Below are positions 54,648 to 64,000 of a DNA stretch of 64,000 bases, piece by piece (position 1 is the first letter of the stretch; each line of letters starts with the position of its first letter). The DNA is from Iphione sp. A-MEVVRFRX5 (taxonomy: Eukaryota). A program made the position numbers and the translations under genes. Below the pieces are notes generated by a model. That model ran no database searches. It was given only the letters and a program-made list of their open reading frames with translations, and had not been told where the DNA came from. Location of the stretch: NCBI GenBank assembly GCA_976226885.1, contig OZ320313.1, forward strand, positions 159,340,001 through 159,404,000, read 5' to 3'.

Positions 54648-57600
54648 TTTCATATTAACCCGCTGACCATGGTTAACCTTTTCATAAGGGTTGACTTCCT
54701 GGCTTCCATCTTAACTATTTTGCCCCAGGCAGTCTTCCTGGTTAACAACGAATTAGTGCAGATTATAAAAACTACGTGATAAAGTCAGTCGGTCGGCTTT
54801 ACGAAGAATCGACCTCGACTCCTTGTCATTATTGTTTATGAAGAACAAATCAAACTAGTAGCCTTTCTGTGTTGATATTAAACGGGAATAATTTCACCAC
54901 GAAGTGATCTTTCCAACGTTTCAAATGGGAAATAATCGTTATCGTTTAGTGATGCTGACTTCATTCAGATGTTTATCAGTTTCACTTGCCCATTTCACCC
55001 TTCATAATACGATCATTTTAATAAGATTTTGTCGGTATTTACATGTATATAATTATCATTTCATTGTCAGCAGTATGGGCCTTTTTGATATAGCATATAG
55101 GAACACATACAACCATAGACAACATAATAACAGAAGCTCTGTCAATCGTCAGAGAAGTTCAGAAGGTATTTCTTATGCGCGTAATTACGTATCAAAAATA
55201 CATAATATATTCAACTTTGCCTTGCTTTGCCATAGAAATATGCTGTCGGAAATGACTGATCTCCCATCTTCTTTTCCTTTAATGAACATGTTTTGGCAGC
55301 CACTTTTGCCTTCGATGAGGAACCTGACTTTTCATAGGGTGTGGTGAAGGGGTTTCTATCAGTGGAGGGATCGTCAGTGGAAGAACGAACCCATTACAGC
55401 ACTTATGTTTACAATTTTTTCAAACAATGTCTGGAAATATAGCAAGCTGATTGATCACCAAATTATAAAAAAAATCATCGTAGTAACGGTATCTCGCGAT
55501 TCGTTTTTTTTTCGGTTGGGTTTTTACTTTGAGCGAAACATCTACAAACTTGCGATGACTGTTACTAGACACCAACTTCTCTGGTCTGCATTATTATCTG
55601 AAGACGATCGACGGTAAAGCCCATGTTCAGGTCCCTCCCACTTTGACGATTGCTGCGTTTCTCCGGAGTCGTCAGAGAATATCATATGCAGTGACACTCC
55701 CTGGCCCCTAACCCTTGGCCTCTTAGCTCACTTCTTCCCTCCTTCACCTTCCTTGCCTCCCAAGTAACTCACCGAGCAGCTCATTGCCGGCCTGTCCTCC
55801 CCTTCGCCCCTCACGTGGCCACTTCTTTGTAAAAGAAGCCCCCCCTTACAGTAGACCGATCACAACAGTCATGCAATCGCCCAATTATACCGGCCCTCCT
55901 CGGAACATTCCATACAATTTATGTCTTGCCGTGGATTGAATCATTGAACAGCCGGTAGTGAAGCTGTCTGCCGTGCAATGTAAAGGAAGGTGTCAAAGCC
56001 TACTGTTGACCTGCGGGTTTTACATCCTCTCCCCCCCCGTGTTTAGGCCGTGCGTCTGCTGCAGGGTAGGGCAGTGGTTATCCTGGCAGAGCCCAGATTT
56101 CTTATTAGTTAATCTTAGTTCTCAGCGTAGCGATCGATCGGGTGCCTGATATATAAAGGTTGCATTGCCGCTGCTTGTGTTAGACGATAGCAGTATTAAT
56201 CTGACCCATGCGTGACCAGCATGGTCTATCGATACTTCTCCTCTACTCAACATTTTCGAATGACATGTTCATCACTTCTGACCTTCATCACACAAAATCC
56301 TCTGTGAGGAAGGAGATTATGAATGGAGTCACATCACCAGTATTCAAATTTACCTTTCGTGGTTAATAGGTAATATTTTATGCCTCCCTACACGAGAAGT
56401 AAATTTACGTTTCGGCTTCCGTGTGAAACCTAAGTTTTGATTTGGCTGACAGAATGGGGTTAAGCCGTTGGCCACGGTGGGCTACCTCATTCGGCTGAAT
56501 GCAATGACTACTGGTCCTTCGGAGCAAAAGGAAGAAGCACTGTGTAGCTCAGCACATACAAGATGCGGACTATGTCCCACGGGCCCTGAATGGATGTAAT
56601 GACTGAGCGTCCTGAATGAACTGGAGAACGGGCGGCCACCTCAGAAACCACTAACCAACAGATGGCACCGCCCTCTCTCCTGGTCTAAGCCGGCCCGCAC
56701 CAGGTGTGATGAGGGGGCCCCGGTTTTGTGTCCATTTGTTTGGCTCTGTCAGTCGGTGATTTGCAGGCGAGATGAACCATTGGGCAGGCGGCCTGGTCGC
56801 CCGCTGACTGATGATCTCCCAAGTGTCACATAGCTCAACGCGAAGGCTCCCTAGAGCGGACCCGGCGTCACAATTACTTGTCCCCAACTGGGCCCGAGTG
56901 GGTCCGTGGCTGGGTCCCAAGCGCCAGCTCCTTTAGACGTCCGTCTTTGGCACTATTATAGGCTGTACTTACACTGTCTTGATGAAAGAACCTCCGCGCC
57001 GGTGAACCAGCGAGCGTCGGAGGAGATCGGGAAATCCTTTGAAGTGGTCGCATTCACATTTCAATAAATATGATGAAGGCGGTGTATTTCGGTTCGGGAT
57101 CGCGGACTCAATCGGTAAAGCATGAGATAGAACGCGGTCCGGTGTGAAATTGCAGCCATCCACGTGTTAACATTGACACAGAAAGACATCCATAAACAAG
57201 GAATTGGATGCGATTAACGGCTGAGACCCTTCTTGCCTGAATGGAAAGTTTCGCTCGTCGCAGTGTAAGCAGAGAATTAGTAGGCAATCACTTATTGTAT
57301 CCCGTTTACAAATGAACCGGTCAGCTCGCGTACGGTCTCCACGCTTATTAGAACTGCAGCAGAGTAACTTGTCGTTATCACACTTTACATATATATACGA
57401 AGGTAAATATTACTAAGTATTAACCTAAATGTATAGTTACCCCTTGCTATCCAAACACTTCGCTATTCCAATGCCTAACTATTCCAAGCATATTTACTGG
57501 GTTGCAGCATGAGACAAATTTATATGAAAACTCAGAATTACAGCGCCGCCCTATTGCTATGATGATCAGTTGGTACTGGTGGGTGTTCGAATAGAGAGGG

Positions 57601-59896
57601 GTTCGTGCATATTACGCTAATCTACGTAGATGTGGATTTATGCAAAACAATTGTAATGGAGCAAGGTTTACTAAATGAAAACATATGTCTTAATACATGT
57701 ACATGTATTTTCTGTTGACCTATCGTTATTAGCACTAGAAAGAAAAAGGCCACACGGAAATGGATACTTGTTTCATATGGTTTTAAAAAATAAGTTGGTT
57801 AGAATTATGTAACTGATTACCTAATGACTGCCTATTGAAAGTACGTATAGATAGTTTCTACACATTCCATAAGCATAATTCTGTCATTTGACGGGAACGA
57901 TATGATGCCAACGCTTATGATTAACCATATATATATGCATGAACAGAGAGCAACCAAAACGAGCTATAATTATCCACGATAATATAAATGTTTCCATCTG
58001 ATTGGCAGACATGGTTTTATGTGACTTAGACCTTGTGTTAAGTGTGGTAAAGTCGGTCTCTCTAAGGCTGAAAGCAAACTCCCAGACACAGGCTTCTGGC
58101 GCATGACAGGTCACATGACAGGGTCCCGCCCCTGTTTCCTTCTACCAACGGCTGGCCTGTGGGGACCCAGTGAGGTGATCTGAGAGGCACCCGTGGTATC
58201 TGCAGGGCGTTGGGAGATTATTAGGAGGACCTAGCCCAGTTCTGGTCATGTTCAGCCGACCCCGAGGGGGGATTCATGTTACGCCTGCCCCCCCCCTGGA
58301 CACGGATAATAGATTCTGCTGAAGGACCATGCATTTTATGACGGGATAATGCATACGTGAACCGGCATCACATTTCCAGCAAACCCCCCGCCCCCACAGA
58401 CACGCCCTTTGATTCGGTTATGCTTTGACAAGGGGATAATGCCTGCTTGTGGTAAGGGCCCAATATACTTCCGTACCAGTGACGCCCATACAGACCGTAA
58501 GCAGTAGCGGAAAATGGGGGAAATGTGCAGGCACACATTCGATTAAAACGGCAAACAAAAGACTTGAGGCCAGTATTTGCGCTTCAGATAGGAACCCTCC
58601 ACGAATCGAGTGTAGCATCTTAAAATGGAGGATTAATCAAGGTCCTCTCCATTAGAGAGGCCTCCCTCCTCACCTTACACCGTGTGGTACGGATCGGAGA
58701 ATAAAGTGACACGTGTTCAATAACCGCCGACAGCAGGCACACCGAATGACGTGATGGAAAAGCATTTCGAGTCGACCACTGGATTAAGATCGCCCCCTTC
58801 TTTAATGGATGGACAGGCACCTCTTGCTAAGCGCATGTAGAGAATGTTCCACCTTTGTCCAACTAGGACCGGTAAATGACCGGCGGTAGGCTGAAACTGG
58901 GCTATATATGATCGAGCAGACTAATGACCAGTCACTTCTGCGGCCTGGTCTGTGGGGAAATCAGTCGACTCGAGGAAACCACTGGGTACGACCCAGTCCC
59001 AATGAATACGGCAACGCCCTTGCAGTAGCAGATGCCCTGTGCAGAACGACCCATTTATCGTAGATAGCTCCAAAACCCTGGAACTAACGTGATCAAAATA
59101 CAATTTGCCCAAAACGACCGCTCGGTTTATTTGACAGGCGACAAACAGAATTATCTTGCGAACGGGATATATGTGACTCTAACACAATAAGCGGGGGTGT
59201 GATTGAGTTTCCTGCTCCCTTCGCTGCCCCTACATGGGCAGCATCGCCTCAATTGGCTGTTAAAATGCCGATGGTTGGCAAGGTTATGGGGTCAATGTGT
59301 AGCCAGATTAGAACCCCGGGAGTAGACATATGACTATTTCAAATATATCGCGGGTGACAAGGCAAGGTAGGCCCTGTCATAGCTCGCCAGAGGTGCTACA
59401 GTACATTCTCTCTTTATTTCTACTTTGATTCAATGCGTGGTGACATTTTAAAAGACCTAATCAGCAAAGCCCGGACGTTATTGGATTGTGTCAGTGCAGG
59501 CCAATACTTACGTGTCCATTTTTATTATACCACATTTGGAACTTCTTCCAAATCAAAGTTAAATCGATCTCGCCCCCTAGAGCCAAAAAAGCACCCCCCC
59601 CCCTTCCCCAAACAAGAACACATAAGGTCATATCATCGAGGCAGAGCGAATCGAATCTGCTTTAATCCAGCCTGACAGCTAGGCAAAGCTATCTTCAGTG
59701 GGCAGGCGGTGACTTTTGCTACTAGAGTAGCGTTGGGTGTCTTGTCTGCTAGCAGCGTCTTCCCCGCAGTAGGATTATGGACGCAGAGGACGCCTATACG
59801 GGTTTACGGCTGGTAAGGAGAGGGGCTGGAAGAGACCGTACGTTCGCCAGGATTAAAGCTTCCACTATGGAATCAATGGTGCCTGAGGTAGAGAGT

Positions 59897-59915
59897 GGGA
59901 GGGTGGGAGGGTGGG
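59897..59915 (+). other. G-quadruplex motif (GGGA GGGT)n
   Basis: gggagggtgggagggtggg. Confidence 0.7.
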
Positions 59916-60842
59916 AGGAGAAGGGAGGTGTAGGGAAGGCCGGCCGAGGGCGGCTAGAACGTACTGATATTGTGGTCGGAGTCTGAGTAGCGCTGCGGGC
60001 CGTCTGCAAGGCTCCAGAGGAGCGCACGCGTCACTGCTGATGTGCCCATCGGCGGCCCTGGAGGAATAATCGTCTAACTCTCCAACTGGAGCAGAGCATC
60101 ACGTTCTCCAGTGGATCCCCCGCTATCGCTGTTGGCCCGTTACGGCATTGACCAGCGGTCCCAACTGGCGCCAAACCATCCCCCCATTTCTTTCAGTTTT
60201 AGAGTTGTTTACTTAAGCTTGTGTATGGCCTGTCCTACTGTTAATGCCACCATTACGTTGGTTCTTTATTCACAATCATCCTGTTTGCTTGTCCTCAAAC
60301 TATTTGGAAACCATTTAGGGCATCCATATGGTTTATTGTACTCGTTCGTTGCCGAAAAGATATTCATTACGATCGCTGATTGTCGATTGCCAATTGGGAA
60401 CTTACTCTTCTGTAAGTAAATCTCAAAATGTTCCTTTTTTTACCCTATGACTGTCTTCGTTAGGTAAGACAATGACTAATTGTTCCCCATTCAACCTTTT
60501 GGCGACTGTAGTTACACAGGATCCACCATATAATCTTTTATAATTTGTAGGCTAATTGATACCAGGCGGCTGGCAATCGATATTATGCGAAGGCTCTGCT
60601 AAGGCAACAGCCAAGAGCCACTACGAGAGAGATATTGGGGCTGGTCGTGCTGGGGAGTGGAGCAACGGCCCAGGGGCTGAATTAGTGGTGAGGGGATGTC
60701 AGCATAAGTCAACATTTGTGATGTCAGGGGCCAGGCAGGCCGGCTTTTGGCCGGCTTCGGCGGGCCCACCACGCACGACTCCGATCTAGCAGTCTGCGAC
60801 CGGAGACGGATGGGAGGGAAGCAGGCGGGAGGGCAACAAGGC

Positions 60843-60940
60843 TGTGTATGTGTGTCGTGTACGAGTGCGCGTAAGGGGGGTATGTATATGTATGGATATT
60901 TGTGTGTGTATGTGTGTATTTGTGTGTGTGTGTGTGTGTG
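60843..60940 (+). repeat. Imperfect (GT)n / (GTAT)n microsatellite
   Basis: Degenerate GT-rich tract ending in a perfect run of about 10 GT units. Confidence 0.9.
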
Positions 60941-62716
60941 GTTCGTATGGTTTGTGGCCTGTAGGTTAGAGAGCAGGCAACAGTAGCCAGCCAGGCAGTC
61001 AGGCACACAGAGTGGTGGATTAGTACACTCAATGAGCGCGCGGCCCGAGATGGATTCGAGCGCAGCGTGCCATGTCGTCGTCCTCCTCCTTCGCTCCCAT
61101 TCACGTCAGCGCCCGGCGGGCCAGGGGCCCCCGTCCACGCTACTCGCTTTTCACTGGAAAATTTCGTGGGAAGTGCAGGGTTGCCGTTGGGCGCGACCTC
61201 CAGAAGGAAGTCGCTGCTTTTGTTGCTTTGACCTGCCCCCCACAAAAGCGGCGGGAAGCGTGAAGGACAAATTGACGGCGAAACTCTCCGTTCTAGTGCA
61301 TGTTCCTGTACAACGTTACGCCGGACGTGGAGCGTTCCGCTATGGCCCGCCAAAGGCGGCAACACAATGTAAAACGGAACAAAACAAAAGACGGATACTC
61401 TGAAACCACAGCAGTTCATCAAATATCCAATTTTAATCAAGCCACTTATCACTGCTGCTGCAAGTAATGAGTCACATGCGTTCATATATACATGTCCACG
61501 CATGCGCACAGTACTACTGCCTGCTTCTACGACGATTTTCCTACAGATATTAATGCTTGCATCCCTTTCTGGGTAGGTCGCTCGTAGCCCTGTTTTGGCC
61601 TGCAGAATCGGTCGCAGGCATGGGTAGCTGGTGTTCTCCCCTCGTCTAATTGCCTTTACCTCTAACATTTCCACGTTTTGCTCATTGTCACTCCCACTTG
61701 AGGCATGCTGTGTCATCGGCCCTGGCCAGGCCGCATGCTCCGCTCGCCCCGTCGAACAGCATTAGCATCAGGCGTTGTGATTGCCACAAAGCACACGTGT
61801 AAAAATTGGCTCGCACTGCCGGCCGCCTATTTATCCCTTTCACGCCGCCTGCATTTAGGATAACCGGCTAATTTGCACGGTTTACCGTGAAGCGAAACAT
61901 GTGAGACTACCTCTTAGCTTTGCACACACCGCTTCCACGCAGTCTCTAAATGCTCGCATGATTATATCCAGTCAGTGGGGGGTCATAGAGGGTATGGAAC
62001 TTCATAACTGATAAGAATGACGACCTAAACTGATTATCACAACTATATACATGTATAGAGAAATAGGTACCAGTCCATATGAAAATATTTAACAAGGACT
62101 TCCTATTTCACAGGTTTGTTTCGCCGAGAATGCAAATACATGTGCAGTGTACATGTACCCGAGTGGCAACTCAGTGCCAGGAACATGGTAAGTGTCTTCA
62201 CGCATTATGTAACATATGGGATGATTCCCTCGGAGGTGCAGCTATTCACACTGTGCTCAGCCATGTTCCCTGTCATCTATATTGTGGCCGGGAGTGAGAC
62301 CCTCCCTCGGCTCCCAGCACCCATACGTTCATTATCACGCAGACCTTCCGCCTAGACATACAGGGGCTAACTTATAATTCGAGGGGAACCAGGGGGGAGC
62401 CTCCCATAATCTTCGATCCCAATGTTGGTCCTCTAAGACCCAAACCTCTCCGCAAGACTGTCACGCACGACGGCCCGGAGCATGCAATTATGTCATTACT
62501 CGGAGCGATCGCTTTTCTTGCGGCTCTTCCCCGCCCCCTCCCCCTCCCCAGTCGAGATAGGCTCTGAGATTCATAGTAATGATACTGGAATGGGGAAGTG
62601 TAGGTTGGTGATGGGGACTGGCGGTCGCCGCCACTAGCACAGGGATGTAATAGGTTTTGTTGGGCATGGAACAGTCGCCTCTATCCAGTTGGCAGGCAGG
62701 CGCTGCGGATACCCAT

Positions 62717-62920
62717 CGCCTGCAGCTGTTTAGTTTCGGCGATTTCGTTAAGACTCGCAGGGAACGAGGACGATTAGTACAGGTACCGGAGGATCGCTGC
62801 TGGGAAAAAATCCTCTTTCCCACGTCCTTCCTTTGCCTCCAGCGAGTCTACCTTGACAAATATCCTGAAATACAGAGTTGCGGTCAATTCAAAAATGAAT
62901 TTGGTATACTTGTGCTTTAG
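62717..62920 (+). pseudogene. Possible decayed 3' end of a CR1-type LINE ORF2
   Basis: RLQLFSF...TRRERGRLVQV resembles RLxxLxLxSLxxRRxRGDLIxV. It is followed by SFLCLQRVYLDKYPEIQSCGQFKNEF, resembling FFxxRVVxxWNxLPxxV...FKxxLD. The order is right but the spacing is shorter than in intact CR1. Confidence 0.3.
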
Positions 62921-64000
62921 AATGTTCTAAACGTCAACAGTAGTGGGATTCTCTTTTAAATTGGAAATATGTAGAATGTTATCATTTTCAGACCTGAAAG
63001 TGTTGTAAACTTGAAATAGATATGCAAAATAGGTTAAAGATTGACCGTAAATGTACAAAAAAATATTGAATTTCAGTAACAAATACTTAGGTCGAATGAA
63101 AATGTGCCCTCTGTCGGCTACTGATAAGATCGTTGCAAAAATGTAAGAATTGCCGACAGCATATTAAATTCATCCTTAGAACATATACAGTTATCGATTA
63201 CAATAAAGAATCGGGTGCTTCCAAAATGTAATGTGAGAAGGAATGTGAATTTTGCATCTGGATAAACATAAGTCGGAGTCACATGATTTGTTCTTTGAAT
63301 TTGTCAGTAGATAGGAAAGAAACTTGCTTTGACATATCAGACATCTTACTACTGATGATGTGAGTGAGGCTAACAACTTGGGAATCTTACGTGTATTAAG
63401 TTACAAATCCCGAAATCAAGTTCTGAGATATATAGGAAATCCTATATTACTTTATTTCTTCGTAGCAAGCAAGGCGACGCATATCACATCAAAGAATATT
63501 TTAAAAAAATACTCTTAATAACTTGGCAAGTATAATTTGGAATACAAGCCGCATCTCGTTCATTTTTTTAAAGAATTTTGCTCAACCTGATAGTCCATCG
63601 GTACCAGGACATACTGCATACATGTGAAGTTGTGTCGGGTGCTATGTACATACGAAAATGTAACGTATATACAAATAATAATATTATACAATATATACAT
63701 ATAATTATACAAAAAATGAAAAAATAACAATGTCAGTATACAATGTTTAAAATAGTTCTAACATTCAAACCTACGATGAAAGATACTTGATTTCTTATTC
63801 CTAGAAGTACACATCTAGTTTCTTTCAGTAAATCGCTTTCGTTCGAGGGACAAGCCAATTTTCTTTCCGTAATTTCCTTTTCAGATCTTCTTGTTAATAA
63901 TATTTTCATGATTTAGCCTTTTCCAAAAAAGTTTTGCCGTAAAAAGAGGATCCATTTTAAAATGAGATATTCTCGGTAGGGGAAGTGGTATGGCGGCTTC

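Noticed and set aside
47059-56463. TTAA-CCCATT and AATGGGG-TTAA as piggyBac-like ends (also TTAACCCTT at 7687)
   Set aside because: Short and imperfect, 9.4 kb apart, with no transposase remnant between them.
56542-56595. TGTAGCTCAG...AGATGCGGACT, tRNA 5'-half-like (also B-box-like words near 49675, 52998 and 57585)
   Set aside because: No T-arm GGTTCRA at the right distance and no acceptor stem. Not a tRNA, and too weak to call a SINE.
58975-59050. HWVRPSPNEYGNALAVADALCR, like an RNase H C-terminus, overlapping a 7-bp hairpin
   Set aside because: Isolated motif with no upstream catalytic residues in frame.
1-64000. CRISPR array, rRNA, operon or defence-system candidates
   Set aside because: No repeat-spacer periodicity, rRNA signature or dense long ORFs were seen. 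The spliced exon and microsatellites indicate eukaryotic DNA.

Overview
This looks like eukaryotic, mostly non-coding sequence from a draft-type assembly (136-nt N gap at 30738-30873). It alternates AT-rich and GC-rich blocks of a few hundred bases. No prokaryotic operon, rRNA, intact tRNA, CRISPR array or intact transposon ORF is visible, and almost all listed ORFs look like chance open frames. The one well-supported coding feature is a 134-nt minus-strand internal exon (12515-12648). It has canonical splice signals and encodes the first half of an Ig domain of Dpr/zig-8/lachesin type (PIFRQTPRNITVGPGDRAVLRCRVENLGTKT); its partner exons were not found. Other supported features are microsatellites, a 63-bp tandem duplication, G-quadruplex-type tracts, three very short TA-flanked foldback (MITE-like) elements sharing a pogo/Tigger-like TIR layout, two same-orientation CTCF-consensus matches, and several weak LINE-like protein remnants. 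I did not find a convincing new multi-component system. The best leads are the mini-foldback family, a roughly tenfold excess of TACATGTA (possibly Tc1/mariner excision footprints), and a Stowaway-like TA-flanked TIR pair bracketing the Ig exon. All motif calls were made by eye without database searches. The patchwork of short, unrelated motif remnants means a mosaic or non-natural origin of the window cannot be excluded.
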